A stretch of DNA of 64,000 nt, taken from Eledone cirrhosa. Lineage: Eukaryota. The notes below the pieces were generated by a model that searched no databases, was not told the DNA's origin, and saw only the letters and a list, made by a program, of their open reading frames with translations. The DNA lies in the NCBI GenBank assembly GCA_964016885.1, contig OZ024742.1:275776001-275840000 (forward strand), given 5' to 3'. Shown here piece after piece: positions 33,832 through 48,399 of the stretch; positions within the stretch are counted from its first letter, which is position 1; every line of letters begins with the position of its first letter. The translations under genes and the position numbers were made by a program.

Positions 33832-36800
33832 TTGGGATGGACACGTGTAAAACTTGCTTGGTAAGTTCTGTTTAAATTCCTTTAGAAATTTGTCACTCTC
33901 AACACTCATTTTTACATGACCAGATAATTCCATCTGACACATTTATTTTCGCTACTTCCAACATGCGTTCACCACATGAAGGGCAGACCTTTTCAGTATT
34001 CAGAAGTCCATGTTCTTTCAGCCAATTAATGCTATCTGCTGTAGTAGCGGTAGCGATGATTAATTCCATTTACGCTTCTGTATAATGTAGAATTCATTAT
34101 ATTTTTCAAGTTGCAAATCCGTGTATTATCCCAAAGTGAAAAACCAAGTTTTGCATCAACGTGGTGATTTCAAAGTTTATTTATTTACACGTGGTGGGGA
34201 TTGTGTGAGAGTCTGGATTGGTGGTGCTGATTGGTATTCTCTGTATGTTTAGCGTAATCGATTTGTTTTCAAATGTACTCACTTTACTGTAGCCATGCTT
34301 TTGAAACATTATTGAACATATTATTGGAACAGATACATATTCTTCATAAATGTATAAGGTGGGTGAAGAAAAAAGAACATATATTTATTTATAAACTTAA
34401 CTTCATTTGTTTTCTAATTTGATAACCATGACTATGAAAATATATTTATTTTTAAAATTAACTTCTTCATTTGTTAAATATATAAATATATTTTTATTTG
34501 AAAACAAATCGATTACGCTAACTTGTTTTCTAATTTGATGAGAAATAAATATATTTTCATCGATTACTACGCCTACTTGTTTTCTAATTTGATATACAGA
34601 GAGAAATAAATATATTTTCATCGATTACGCTAAACGTAAATAAACATAAATAAACGCGTGGTGATACGGAAATAAACGAAGGTTGACGAATGACGTCACA
34701 TTTTTCTACTTTCACTTCTAACAGCACATTCTGTTGTGCCCTTCGATGTAATGTTATTTATGTATATATTTAAAACATGTTTGTTATGTTATTCTACTGT
34801 AAATTTATTTATATGCTTTGTATATATCATGTTCATATTTTTGATTAACTACATTAAAAAGTATTTGTAGAAGGACTGCCAGGCCAGTCTCTCAAACTAT
34901 CCTGCCCTTTAGGGAAAAAACATTAAGCATATTACCGAGAAAATATTTTTGCAAAAATTATAATTTCAAAAAGTGGCTGAAGAAACGGTATCTTCTTCTT
35001 TGTCAACACAACAACATTATAAGGGGAAGCCATGCTTACTACAACACAAGCCTACCCCCCTTATAGTAGCAGATCGCAACAAAAGAATACCAACACTCCC
35101 AGCCCCAATATTTGGGGGATGGACAAATTTCTTTGCCTGCTTACAAACAACTGAACACTCTTGACGTCATGACAAACCAAGTGAAAAACATCATCATCAA
35201 CAACAATGAAAATGACAAAAACAGCAGTGAAAATAAAAATCAAACACATAGAAAAACTTTTGCAGCGACAGTTGCCAAAGAAATCGCATTCATCGAAATA
35301 GTCATAACAAATAAAGCACAGTACCCGAAGGACACTGCACAATATATTACTGTCGAGGGGAATGGATTCCGCATAAACACCCCACCAGGAATTAGGGCTG
35401 CAACCCTAAGGAAAACGATCTTCTGTAGAATAAAAAAAAATACCTCTTTGGTCCCGTCTTCAGAGGCTGGATCGCTGCCATGCACAGCAACAGCTGCTTG
35501 GCAGTCAAGGTGAATGGCTACCTGTCGGAGCCATTCCGTCAGCGATGCCCTCTCTCCTCCATTCTGTATGTGCTGACTCTCGAGCCACCACTACTGTGGA
35601 AGTTGAAGCTATTGCAGGGTATTCCAATGGAACCAGGACTGCAAAAAAGCAGTGTCAGCCTCTACAGACGACATGACCGTAATGGTGTTGAAGACTTCAG
35701 AAATCGGGGTAATCGGCAACTTATTACAGGAATGCGAAACGTTGACAGGAGAAAAACTAAACCCGAACAGGTTAATCGGTTTGCAACTTGGCACATGGAG
35801 AAGCAGGCCCATGCCGTCCAACAGTATCGTTGAATGCTGGATGGTAGGATTGGTGAAATTGCTCAGGGTCTGGTTTTGTCTTGACCTCCAGGTGGACAAA
35901 AACTGGAACGAGGTTATAGCGAAGGTATTTGTACTAACCCAGAAGTGGGCTGAGTGTAAACCCTTCTTAAAAGGTCGAGCAGAGGTAGCGAACACTTACA
36001 TAGCACCCGTCATCTACTACTGCTTGACAGTTGTGCCTTGTCCCCGTGATCACCTCAGCAAAATGGAACGTCTATTCTTCAAATTTCTTTGGAACAAACA
36101 GGCTGCAATAGTGAACGAGATCCATCTGCTGTCAACACCCTTCTAACGGAGGGCTGGGCATGTCATGGCTGAGGATGTACAAACACACGCTGAGGCTACG
36201 CCATCTCCAGCTATTCCTGACTGGTGAACTGATGTAGTTGTCGTTTGTGAGACGAGCTTTTCCACAACTCATCTCGCTAACGGAGCTGCAATCCTGGGTC
36301 AAGCGAAGACTGAAAATGGGCGCCTGGTACCTCGAGTGCGTTCAGGCACTCACAGCCCTCTTACCAAGTGGAAACGGCAATCAGCGGAGACTCCACATCA
36401 ACATTCTATAGGGGATTAGTGGAAGATAAGTGTAACAACGTTCTCGAACTCACCAGTCTGTTCCGTCCAGGGCCTATGGATAGCTTCCAGAGGTCTCTGG
36501 CATAGCAGTGCTACCAAAGAGCTCTATCAGTTCAAGAAAAAAACTACAGGTACAGGCGCCCTGGCAGGGATCCTGCCAAAAGTACCTGTCCTAGATTCGA
36601 GCAGGACATTGAAACTGTTCTGCATGCAATTGTTCAGTGACCATGTGTGGGACAGATCCAGTTGTCAGCCACGTCCATCGTGAGGATCACCCTGCCGCTT
36701 TCATTTAAGAATGAAGAAGCGGTTTTCCTCTGTCTGGTGGCTATGATGGACGAGGTTGAAAGGACTGATGGTATACACCTTCCTCTCCGGACAACAACTC

Positions 36801-37128
36801 ATCCCCTTCTTTAAATTCTACTTCAGAAGGAAGGTAAGAGTGGAGAGAGAGGTGCTGTATCCCAGTAAATTCACTGCAATGTGGATGAATGTAGAGAAAA
36901 TGGCCCGAGTGAATGGGAATGGGCCTTCTCTGTATATAAACCTGTAGGTTGAGGAAGACGGGAACACCTACAAAACATTCTCCTAGTGTTCTATCTACGA
37001 GGTGTAAAACGGCCCCACAGTAACGTTCCTCCCTAAGTTTATACAATTTCTATGTAAAACCCCCGTAAAACGTCTTGTAATGTCCCATTTCTTGTATGCC
37101 ATGAGGCAAATAAAGAAAGATATCTATC
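33832..37128 (+). mobile_element. Older, internally deleted Tx1-like LINE with ~950-bp unclassified insertion in its 5'UTR
   Basis: 33832-33897 matches the 5' end of the 25285 copy. ORF1 start region ~34870-35450, then a jump to RT/C-terminal ORF2 (VKVNGYLSEPF, VLTQKWAEC). Ends AATAAAGAAAGATATCTATC. Confidence 0.85.
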
Positions 37129-37799
37129 AATATATCCTAGGGGTTCTGAACCAGGTGGAAGGGAGCACATATTCGCAGGCTCAAACTGTTAGAATATTGA
37201 TCTTTGTATTGCTTTCGAGCTCCTCGGGGCGGCACAGAACGCAGTGTGCATCGGTTACATGATGCAAGCAGCCTATTAAACTGTGCATCACAAGCTCCTG
37301 AACCGTAAGGTTCAAAATAGATTACTCATAGATAGGGCTGCCACAAAGGGAGACATATGCGCCTCTGAGTGGTCTGTCTGCAAGTGCCCTTACGTATTGC
37401 CTAGTCTTCTATCATGAGTACACCTTCTTCATGAAGTGATGCTACTGCTTTGCTGCCCTTATTCCCACAGATGATGTGTAACTCATGCTTGCAATTCTGA
37501 ACCTTCTTCAGTGGTCTGTGCTACTGAAAGGTCATGCTGGGTTTTCTCTCCTCCAGCTGATGTGCTTTTTGCCACTTTTAGTATTATATTATTGATTTCA
37601 CACTCAAATTGGTGGTTCTACTTCTCTAGTTTTTGTGTTCGCGTGAACCATTATCTCCCTTATTTATGCATTTATGTTGTTTTTTATAGCATCACCGGCA
37701 GTATTTAATTCTTGGCATCAGCTTATATTGTAGCTTAAATAAAAAAGAAGTATTTCACTTTTTAATCTTTGACTTTTCTTGTTTTTTATTTACAGATTT

Positions 37800-39734
37800 T
37801 GAAGCAAAAAATGGAGAAGAAAGGCCTCAATATGTTGTTTGCAGTAAAGCTTTGTCAAATGATTCTATGAAACCGACAAAGTTGAAGCAAGATTTACAAA
37901 ATTTTCATCCTCAATACAAGGACAAGGACAAAAGCTTTTTTGAATGTCATGGGAATGCTCTTAAATGGATGAAGCTGGATTCAACAGGAGCATTCCAAGA
38001 AACAATGAAGCTTCTTTGTCGTAGCACTAGAGATAGCAATGCAGAAAAGCCACATACATTTGGGGAAACTTTGATCAAACCATGCTCTCTCAAAATGGTG
38101 GAAATTGTGTTGGGAAGTGGATTGGAGAACAAACTTATGACAGTTTCACTATGAAACAGTGCTGTTCAAAGGAGGATCAGAGACATGGCCAATAACATCA
38201 AGGATCAAGTCTGCCACATTTGGCTTATTTCCAATTCAACTTGATGAATCAACTGATTTGGCATCGTGTTCCGTTGATGGTGTTTGCAAGGTATGTGTAT
38301 GCAGGTTCATTTGAAGAGGAGTTTCTCTTTTGATCTCATCAAAAGGTTTCCTCTTTCCTTAAATCAGAAAATCTTTTGTGGAATAATATTTGTGGCGGCT
38401 GTACAGATGGAGCACCAGCTATGTTGGGTACAAAATCAGGATTTCAAGTTTGTGTGAAAAAGCGAGCTCTAAAAGTGAAAGGCATTCAATGTATGATCCA
38501 TCGTCAGGCACCAGCCTCCAAAACACTTCCAGGTTTATTATCAATCCATACTGTTCAAAGGAGGATCAAGAGATCAAGTCTGCAGTATTTGGCTTATTTT
38601 CAATTCAGCTTGTGGAATGGATCATGCACCTTGCCTATTTGGTTGATATTTTTGAGCAGCTAAATAAACTGAATCTTCAGACAAAAGGAAGGAATACAAA
38701 TATCATAAAATTTGTGGATGCCTTGAAAGCTTTCATGAGCAATCTACAAGAGAAAGATCAATATCAAAAATGTTGCAATGTTTGAGAAGCTGTCATCTGT
38801 TGTTGGTGGTGGTGAAGACCAAGTGCTTCCACAATTTGTAAAAAATGAAATTTTGTAATATTTGGCATCAGTGGAAAATGAATTCAACCAATATTTTCCT
38901 GAACTCAGGGATGATGATTTGGATTTAATGCAAAATCCATTCAAATTGTCAGTTGAAAAAGTTCCCAATGATTGGCAAGATGAATTTCTGGAGCTGAAAA
39001 CTGATTTGGGAACAAGATATATGTTCAATGAGAAATCAATCACAGAATTTTGGTCCTTCATGTGCAATTCCTACCCAAGAGTGGCAAAAGTGTGCAAATT
39101 AAAACGAAACAACATAATAGATTGTACCCTTTCAAGCACTCCTATGCGTATACCATTGGTGAAGAAAAACACAATCACAGGTTTCTCATTGACTGCAATC
39201 TTTATCTGAATAAAATAAATTACAAATTTACAATATCATTGTATTCAACTTTTTTCTATCTCAGTATGCTTTGTTAAGTAATTAATTATAAATATTACAA
39301 AAATACTTTTATTCAACATTTTCGATTGCTATTAAATGTATAAAAGGGCGGTGGATTGACAGTATTGGTAGAGGGTCGGACGCCATGCTTTGACGTATAG
39401 AGTTACGGCCCTTGCCATTCTGAGTTCAAATACCGCCAAGGTTAACTTTGCCTTTCATCCTTGTGGGGTCGATAAAATAAAGTACCAGTAATGCACTGGG
39501 TAATTGCTGGCCTTGTGCCTAACGTAGAAACAATTAAATGTATAAAACTCCACTATAAAAATAATCAGTGTAAAGCTATATGTACTAATATGGAAGAAAA
39601 TAGAGGATTTTCAATATTATATGCATATTATTTGGAATGCATCCTTTGAGTAAGACAATCTTGGAAAGGGAGAAATGACATTCTGACATATGGTGAAAGG
39701 GGTGCATGGGGCAAAAACAGGTTGAGAAGCACTG
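37800..39734 (+). mobile_element. Decayed hAT (Buster-like) transposon, copy B
   Basis: Paralog of 290-2916 without the LTR insert. Same right terminus ends at 39734. Confidence 0.85.
39346..39532 (+). mobile_element. SINE family 1 (pre-duplication insertion)
   Basis: Same TSD and site as 2528-2714. Confidence 0.85.
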
Positions 39735-40236
39735 ATATATACAATCCCAGACAAAAAATAATGTTTTATATGAAAATGAATCTGTAGAGCTTTATTTCAT
39801 ATTAATATTGGATAGCTCCACCTATGGATTTTTTCAATATAGAAATTCTTTGGGGCATGGTATCTGTTAGCTTCTTACACTGTTCAGATGAAATATTTTG
39901 CCACTTATTTTCTAGAAAAGTTTTTGCTGGGATAACTTTTTTGAAATAATGTTTCTTATATTTTCAATTGGACTTCAATTTGGATTCTGCCCAGGCCAGA
40001 ACATTAATTTTAAAGGGTTGTAATTCAACCATTTCGTTGTCAATTCAGCAATAGTAGCAGGACGCTTGGAAATTCCCTGGACGAAAAAATTAAGAGGAGT
40101 TATTGAAGAGACGTTTGTCTAGTTCAGAGGTTCTCAAAGTGGGCAGTACTGCCCCCCCCCCCCCTCATGAGGGGCATTGAGAAGGTCCAGGGGGGCTGGA
40201 GACTAAGGGGGTGGGGGTTAGAGATGATATAATAGT

Positions 40237-41210
40237 ATCATCATCATCATCATCATCAACGTTTAACGTCCGTGTTCCACGCTTGCATGGGTTTGGACGG
40301 GGGTAGTCCCACTTGAGGCAAGAGTGATTGTCTTGCTCGCATAGGACTGTCTGGCAGGTTTTCTACAGTTGGATGCCCTTCCTAACACCAACCACATTTA
40401 CAGTGTGGGTCTGGGAGGTTTTTACCGTGTTGCCTACACGGCCACATTACAGCGTGGACTGTGTGTTTTTTTGTCGTGACACCTACACGATCTCATTTGT
40501 TTCGGCCTGGATGGCGCGGCACCAACATAACTTTACATAGAACGGGGTGGGGTGGGGGGGGTGGGGTATTTTGTTAGAGATGCCTACTGGCAAGGCGGGT
40601 CTTCTCTGTTACTGAGTACCGCCAAAGGTCTCGGTCCAGTGACATTGTCTTGGAGAGGTGTGTGTCGGAGTTTATCAGCTCATCCCAAGTTTTTCTAGGT
40701 CTGCCTATTCCGTGGCTACCGTCTATCTTTATTGCCCTGCACTTTGTTATACAGCTATCGACTTTCATGCGCATCACGTGTCCATACCAACGCAGCCTTC
40801 TCTCGAGTAAACAACATCTGATCCCTCTTATCTCTAATTTTTTCCTTAGTTCGTTTATGCTTTGCCGTTCACGTATATTACTGTTACACATCCAGCGGAG
40901 CATGCAAGCTTCGTTCCTCTCTAGTCTGCGTATATCCTCTGCACACAATGCCCAGGTCTCACTACCATGCAACATTGCTGTTCGTATGCAGGCATCGTAC
41001 AACCTGCCTTTCATTTTTAGGGAGAACCCTTTAGCAGCTAATAGTGGTATAAGCTCTCTGAACTTTTTCCAACCAGTTCTGACTCTAGCTACAGTACTTT
41101 CAGAGCACCCGCCCCCACTGCTGATTTTATCGCCCAGGTAACGGAAGCTGTCCACTATTTCTATAGAACCCTCTGCGCAATTGAAAGAGCTAGTATTTTG
41201 TGGGCAGTAT
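40237..41210 (-). mobile_element. 5'-truncated RTE LINE (subfamily 2)
   Basis: ORF 40574-41155 (FRYLG..LHGSETW..RLRWYGHV), 3'UTR and (ATG)n tail. Confidence 0.9.
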
Positions 41211-41505
41211 AGTATATATAGTATATTATAGTATATATAGTATATTAAATATTAAATGATACATATTAATATATTTATTTATGCATAGTAAATATATTAT
41301 TTATTATATATAAATTAACAATTTTATTCATTATATATTATTTACAATTTGTGTGTAGGCAGGTCTCTCTGAAATATGGGTCGTGTCTATTTATGAAAAT
41401 GCATGAGTAGATTAGTGTGTGTGTGTGTTTGCACTTCTGAAAGCGTAATGTATGAACGAATGGATGCAACACCAAGAATTATAAGATGGACAGGTGTGTT
41501 ATCTT

Positions 41506-42820
41506 GTTTCACGCCATTCTCGATGTGGAATTGATCAATGAGACCACCATTGTGCTTCACCTGTCCCTGTTGTCCTTTCAGTTGCTGGAGCATGGCCAGG
41601 AATTTTGTCAGACATCCAAGTCTGCTGAAGAAGATTGCAAATAGGGTTGGTGCAAGGAGACAGGCTTGTTTCATGCAATTCTTGATGGGGAATTGATCAG
41701 TGAGACCACCATTGTGCTTCACCTGTCCTTTGTAGAGTTGCTGGAGCATGGTCAGGAATTTTGTCAGACATCCAAGTCTGCTGAGGATCTTGCATAGTCC
41801 ATTCCTACTGTCTGTATCAAATGCCTTCATCAAGTCAATGAAGGCAGCGTACAAGGCCATATTATGCTCTCTACATTTTAATTTCTTTGATCTAGCGGAG
41901 GACAAAAATCATGTCTGTGGTGCTGTCGTTGGCACAGAAATCACATTGGCTTTCTGGGAGGACATCCTCTGCAATGGCTGGGATGAGTCTATTGAGCAGG
42001 ACACAAGCTAGAATTTTGTCTGTAGTTGAGAGTAATGTGATGCCACGGTAGTTTGAAGTTTGATTTTTGGCCTTTGTTCTTGTACAGGGACACTATCTCA
42101 GCATTTCGGAGGTCTGTTAGTATCTCTCCCTTTGACCTAGCACTGTACAAACAGGTCCATGAGCTTCTCAAGGAGTGAGCCATTGCCATACTTGTACACC
42201 TCAGTGGAAATACTGTCAACACCAGAAGCCGTGTTTTCAGATGAATGACTGCAGTCTTTACCTCTTCTAGGGTGCCCATTGATGTTAATCTGCAGAGGGT
42301 GGTACTCTTCATTTGCTGGCTTCTAGGACATGACTTCAATTTTCTTGAGGCTGATGGTCAGGCCAAAGGCTTTGGCAGCCTGAGCAAAGCAGCTGACGGC
42401 TACCTGGAGATCTTCCTCTGTGTACCCCAGAAGGGCACACATAGTGTCAACATCAGAATCCTTGTTTTCAGGTGGGTGACTGCAGTCTTTACCTCCTCTA
42501 GTGAGGGTGATGCATCCAGCTCACTTTTGACTTGCTACTGTGAGATGTTGATTGAACTGTCTGCTACCGAATAATTGCCTCCAAATAGGTTGCCATAGTG
42601 TTCAGTCCAGCAGTGCTGACCATTCTGCTGAGAGGAGCTTGTTTGGTGAATAGGGCCACATACCTCCCTAAGTGCTTCATAGAAGGCTCTGGATTTGCAA
42701 GGATTGAACAGGTCTTTATACCCGCTGTCAGTACTCAAATGGAGTTACTGTCTTCTCAGATTGGCCATGGTCTTCCATCTCACTTACTTGCATTCCCACA
42801 ATATACCAGCTGGTCAGGTG
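41506..42820 (-). mobile_element. Decayed BovB-like RTE fragment, copy B
   Basis: KCREHNMALYAAFIDLMKAFD and GVKQ. Internal ~90-bp direct repeat at 41541 and 41702. Confidence 0.75.
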
Positions 42821-43814
42821 GATCAGGGCTCCACATTTGCTTACAAAATGTTCCTATGCTCTTATAAGTGCATTTTATCCTGACACATTAGTGAGTTTGT
42901 CATGTTTTGATACAACTGAAAAGTCCTCACAACCTTTTGTTTAGAAGATATTCTACAGCTCGTGATTCTTATCACCAACCACTTTACAGTATACTTGGTG
43001 TCTTTATTGTTTAATCACCAACAATAGGGAGATTGTTATATCATTGACATAGCTGAAGAGTTCTCATGACCCTTTATTTAGCAAGTTGTCCACAGCTGGA
43101 TGCTCTTCTTATCGTGAACCACTTTACACAATATACTGGGTACATTTATCATGTACATCAACACTATGGAATGCTCTTCCTATCATAAACTGCCTTACAG
43201 GGTGTACTAGGTGAATTTCTTGTGGTATCAGTAGTAGTGATGTGTTGGTCATTGTCTCAAATAATGAGCCCTCCATATTGTACATGACAGTAGGTAAAAG
43301 AAGTATATAATGTGTATATGTCAAGGGTGGAGTAGTACTAATGTAGGTGGCTGGGTGACCTCTAGCAACATGAGGTTCTGACAAGAGTTACTGAGAGAGG
43401 TGGAGGGTTTATGATAGGGCTGTGTGGGGATATCAAACCTGAATCTGATTAGTGTATAATGAAATATTTTCTTTTATGTTTGTATATATATTTCTAACAT
43501 CTGATTTATAAGAATACATTTCTAAGCTATTTATTCATAATGTAAAATATTACCATCCTCTTAAGTCTGCTTTCCCATACTTATATGGTTTGGATGGAAC
43601 TTTTCCAGTTGTTGTGTTCCTTTGTCATCTACTCTGTCAGATGCAGCATTTTGAAATATGCTATCATCACTTCTGCCCAGGTCTCCCTCTACTGCAGCTT
43701 CCTTCCACTCAGATCTCTTCTTCACCCATGATCACCATCTGTACTCATAATGTATCAATACCTTCACAATTCTTTCTCTTGCACACTGCATCTGATTACC
43801 TTTATACACACCCA

Positions 43815-45538
43815 TATGTCAACTGCTACAAAGGTAAAGGTGATGCACTAGATAGAGGACTATAGAGGTATAAAGTTGATGGAACAGGTCATGAAAGTAA
43901 CAGAAAGAGTTATAGCACAGTTGATTAGGGACCGGGTGGAAATAGATGAGATGTAATTTGGGTTTGTACCAGGAAGAGGCACCACTGATGCCCTCTTCCT
44001 TGTGAGGCAATTACAGGAAAAGTACCTAGCTAAAAGTAAGCCACTCTACTTGGCATTTGTCGACCTTGAGAAAGCCTTTGACAGAGTTCCACGTGCTGTA
44101 ATCTGGTGGGCTCTTAGAAAACTCGGAGTAGATGAATGGCTTGTGAAAACGATACAAGCCATGTATAGGGGAGCAGTCAGCAAAGTTAGGATTAGCAATG
44201 AGTATAGCGAGGAATTTAGCGTACAGGTTGGGGTCCACCAGGGCTCTGTTCTTAGCACCCTCCTGTTCATCAGTCCTGCAGGCAATAACGGAGGAGTTTA
44301 AGACCGGATGCCCATGGGAACTCCTGTATGCTGATGACCTCGCACTCATAGCTGAATCTATGGTAGAACTAGAGAATAAATTCCAAACTTGGAAGCAGGG
44401 ACTAGAAAGAAAGGGTCTCAAAGTCAACATGACAAAGACTAAGGTCCTTGTAAGTAGACGAGAAAACAGAACCCAGATCCCCTCAGTATGTAGGAAAGGT
44501 GTAGGTAGGAACTCCATTCTCTGCCCCAAATGCAAACAATGGGTACACAAGAGATGTAGCGGGATCTCAGGAAGCTTAAGAATGTAGGCTTCACATGCAG
44601 CAGCTGTGCTGAGACAGCAAGCAGCAAACAGCCACAGGAAACAAGTACCACCAATCTCTGGGAGGGCTCTGTAGAAACAGTAGACAGCTTCTGCTACCTA
44701 GGTGACTGAATTAGCAGCGGAGGTGGGTGTTCAGAAAGTACAATAACTAGGGTAAGAACGGGATGGAAGAAGTTTAGGGAACTACTACCACTGCTAGCTG
44801 CAAAAGGCTTCTCCCTCAGAATGAAAGGCAGACTGTATGATGCGTGTATCCGAACAGCGATGTTGCATGGTAGTGAGACCTGGGCGCTGAAAGTGGAAGA
44901 CTTACGTAGATTAGAGAGAAATGAAGCCTGCATGCTTCGATGGATGTGTAACAGTAATATACGTGAATGACAAAGCATAAATGAATTGAGAGAGCGACTG
45001 AGCATAAGAGGAATCAAATGCTGTGTGCAGGAGAGGCGGTTGCGCTGGTATGGACATGTGATGCGTATGAAGGATGACAGCTGCATAAAAAGGTGCAGAG
45101 CACTAGAAGTTGATGGAAACCGCGGAGTGGAGAGACCCAAGATGACCTGGGATGAGGTGATAAAAGCCGACCTTACCCAATTACACCTCTCAAAGGCAAT
45201 GACACACGACCGTGACTTCTGGCGTCACGCAGTAATACAGAGTACCCGACCTCCCATGGGTACAAGCTGAAGCATATAGACAATATGCCCCCACACCCCC
45301 CACTGCAAAAAAGCACCCAGCCCACACCGTAAAGTGGACGTGTAGGCACCACGAAAAAGCACCCAGCACTCACTGTAAATGAGGTTGGTGTTAGGAAGGG
45401 CATCCAGCTGTAGAAATCAAGCCAAATCAGTTCCTGTATGAGCAAGGCATGGTCAGCCGACCACACTGCCCCGTCTAACCCATGCTAGCGTGGAAGAACG
45501 GACGTAAAACGGTGATGATGATGATGATGATGATGATG
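43815..45538 (+). mobile_element. Young 5'-truncated RTE LINE (same family as 10820-13046)
   Basis: RT motifs, (ATG)n tail, and TSD ACACCCA at 43808-43814 and 45539-45545. Empty site in A at ~20402. Confidence 0.95.
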
Positions 45539-45918
45539 ACACCCAATTAATCTATGCTTCTAGAAATATGATAGATAGAAAACATATGTAATGTGAAAGA
45601 ATAATTTTATTACAAATATCACAATGGTAAATTATCTCAGCAAACATAAATATAATGTGGTTATATAAAAGATAGTTTTAGAAAGTTATTATCAAACATT
45701 GTGATATCTTTTCATAGAATGACTTTTGACATTGATATGATTATACTTCTGTATTAATATAAAAATGTGTGTGAAGATTTTACAGAATGATTTACCACAA
45801 ACTCTTAGGAAATAGATGTTAAATAATGATGATGAAAATGACATAGCTCCACTCCAGTATGAACACATATCTATTTAGTTAAAACACAATTTCGAGAAAA
45901 TATCAGTGATATAGATTT

Positions 45919-47943
45919 TCAAATTTTTCCAACAATATGCATGTGCTTGTGTCTAGTTAAGGTTCTATTTTCAGCGAATGATTTACCACAGATATCACAG
46001 TGACATGGCTTTTCGCCTGTATGCATACGTTTATGTATAATTAAGGTACTATTTCGAGAATATGATTTATCACAGATATCACAGGGGAATGGCTTGTCTC
46101 CTGTATGAATATATTTATGAGTTGTTAAATCACCACTTCGAGAAAACGTTTTACCACATATGTTACAGTGAAATGGCTTCTCTCCCGTATGAGTACGTAT
46201 GTGAGTTGTTAAGGGAGTTTTATCAGAGAATGATTTACCACAAATGATACAATGATATGGCTTCTCACCTGTGTGAATGCGTTTATGTCTAGTTAAGACA
46301 TTTGTATGAGAGAATGACATACCACAGATATCACAAAGATACAATTTATCTCTTGTATGAACACGTTTGTGTTTAGTTAAGTCACCACTTCGAGAGAATG
46401 ATTTACCACAGACATCACAGTGATATGGTTTTTCTCCTGTATGTATACGTTTGTGTTTAGTTAAAGAAGAATTCTGATTGAATGATTTCCCACAGATATC
46501 ACAATGATAACTTTTTAACCCTGTATGAATACCTTTGTGAGCTATCAAGGAAGCTGTTTCAGAAAATGATTTACCACAGATGCCACAGTGATACTTTTTT
46601 AAGCCTGTATGAATACTTCTGTGAACTATCAAGTTAGCTGTTTCAGAGAACGATTTACCACAGATGTCACAGCAATATGGTTTTATGCTTGTATGAATGT
46701 ATCTGTGATTATTTAAGCTACCACCTTCAGAGAATGTTTTACCACAGATATCACAGTGATATGGCTTTTCTCCTGTATGGATACGCCTGTGTGTATTGAA
46801 GCCACTTCTTCCTGAGAATGACTTACCACAGACATCACAACGATATGGCTTTTCCCCTGTATGAGTACGTTTGTGCATACCTAACACACAACTTCTAGAG
46901 AAAGATTTACCACAGATATCACAATGATATGGCTTCTCTCCTGTATGGATACGTTTGTGTATAGTTAAAATACTTCCTGTAGAATAGGATTTACCACAGA
47001 TATCACAGTGATATGGCTTTTCACCTGTATGAATACGTTTGTGTTTGGTTAAGTCCCCTTTCTCAAAGACAGATATACCACAGATATCACATTGAAATGG
47101 CTTTACACCTGTATGCCACTGTTTGTGTTTCTTTAAGTCTGAATTTCGGGAGAATGATTTACTACAGATGTCACAGCAATATGGTTTTATGCCTGTATGA
47201 ATGCTTTTGTGAAATGTCAAGTGATATTTTTGGGCGAATGATTTACCACAGATATCACAGTGATATGGCGTCTCACCTGTATGAGTACGTATGTGTATAG
47301 TTAAGCTTCCTTTTGCAGAAAATGTTTTACCACAGATGTCACAGTGATATGGTTTTATTCCTGTATGAATATGTTTGTGTTCAGTTAAAATATTATTTTG
47401 AGAGAATGTTTTACCACAGATATCACAGTGATATGGCTTCTCACCTGTATGAGTACGTATGTGTATAGTTAAGTTTGCATTTGTAGAGAATGATTTACCA
47501 CAGATGTCACAGTGATATGGCTTCTTTCTTTTATGGGTATGGTTGTGTATAGTTAAGTTTCCATTTGTAGAGAATGTTTTACCACAGATATCACAGTGAT
47601 ATGGCTTCTCACCTGTATGGGTATATTTGTGTATAGTTAAGTTTGTATTTGTAGAGAATGTTTTACCACAGATGTCACAGTGATATGGCTTCTCTCTTTT
47701 ATGGGTATGTTTGTGTCTAGTTAAATGACTGTCTTCAGAGAATGATTTACCACAGTGGTATGGCTTCTCTCCTATATTAGTATGTTCATGAGAATTCAGT
47801 TCATATTTTGGGGACAATGATTTACCAGTGATGCCAGAATGGTATGATGTTTTTCCTATCTCATTCAGTACCTCAATAGGAGAATCATTTCTTTCAGACT
47901 CCAATTTAATCTTAACCTCTTTCTCCCATAATTCATTTTCCAT
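45919..47943 (-). CDS. Tandem C2H2 zinc-finger protein, paralog B (21 intact fingers, acidic [16 protein letters not shown]-terminus)
   Basis: 674-aa intact ORF with TGEKPY linkers. Acceptor TTTCTTTATTATTTCAG ends at 48002. Confidence 0.95.
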   Translation of the reverse strand: MENELWEKEVKIKLESERNDSPIEVLNEIGKTSYHSGITGKSLSPKYELNSHEHTNIGEKPYHCGKSFSEDSHLTRHKHTHKREKPYHCDICGKTFSTNTNLTIHKYTHTGEKPYHCDICGKTFSTNGNLTIHNHTHKRKKPYHCDICGKSFSTNANLTIHIRTHTGEKPYHCDICGKTFSQNNILTEHKHIHTGIKPYHCDICGKTFSAKGSLTIHIRTHTGETPYHCDICGKSFAQKYHLTFHKSIHTGIKPYCCDICSKSFSRNSDLKKHKQWHTGVKPFQCDICGISVFEKGDLTKHKRIHTGEKPYHCDICGKSYSTGSILTIHKRIHTGEKPYHCDICGKSFSRSCVLGMHKRTHTGEKPYRCDVCGKSFSGRSGFNTHRRIHTGEKPYHCDICGKTFSEGGSLNNHRYIHTSIKPYCCDICGKSFSETANLIVHRSIHTGLKKYHCGICGKSFSETASLIAHKGIHTGLKSYHCDICGKSFNQNSSLTKHKRIHTGEKPYHCDVCGKSFSRSGDLTKHKRVHTRDKLYLCDICGMSFSHTNVLTRHKRIHTGEKPYHCIICGKSFSDKTPLTTHIRTHTGEKPFHCNICGKTFSRSGDLTTHKYIHTGDKPFPCDICDKSYSRNSTLIIHKRMHTGEKPCHCDICGKSFAENRTLTRHKHMHIVGKI

Positions 47944-48399
47944 ATCTTTTTTTTCACTCCTTTTTATATCCTTTCTGTCACTGTTAAATATTGGTGATAT
48001 TCTGAAATAATAAAGAAATTCTGTAAGATATATAGAATATTTGAAATGTAGTGATTCAACAATGGAAAGTTTACTATCTTTCTATACTGATAAACTAAAG
48101 ATATAAACATTTACCTGAAGAATTGATGATTACCTTTATTGAAAGAAGCAGCATCACTGGAGCTTCAAACCCTTTTCTTTAGGAAATACAACATTCTTCT
48201 TTCTCTGTTAATGAGATACCACCTTGAAGGAATTTTTATTTAATTATATGTACCCACTATTTATCTTTTTTCATGTGTTTGTGAGGTGAACTACAATGCA
48301 AGACAGTCAAACCTGTCCCTATATATCATTCATGATCAGAATAAGTCATGTTGTTTCTTTATCAGACTTTATTTATAACAAAACTGCCTGAAATCCCTT

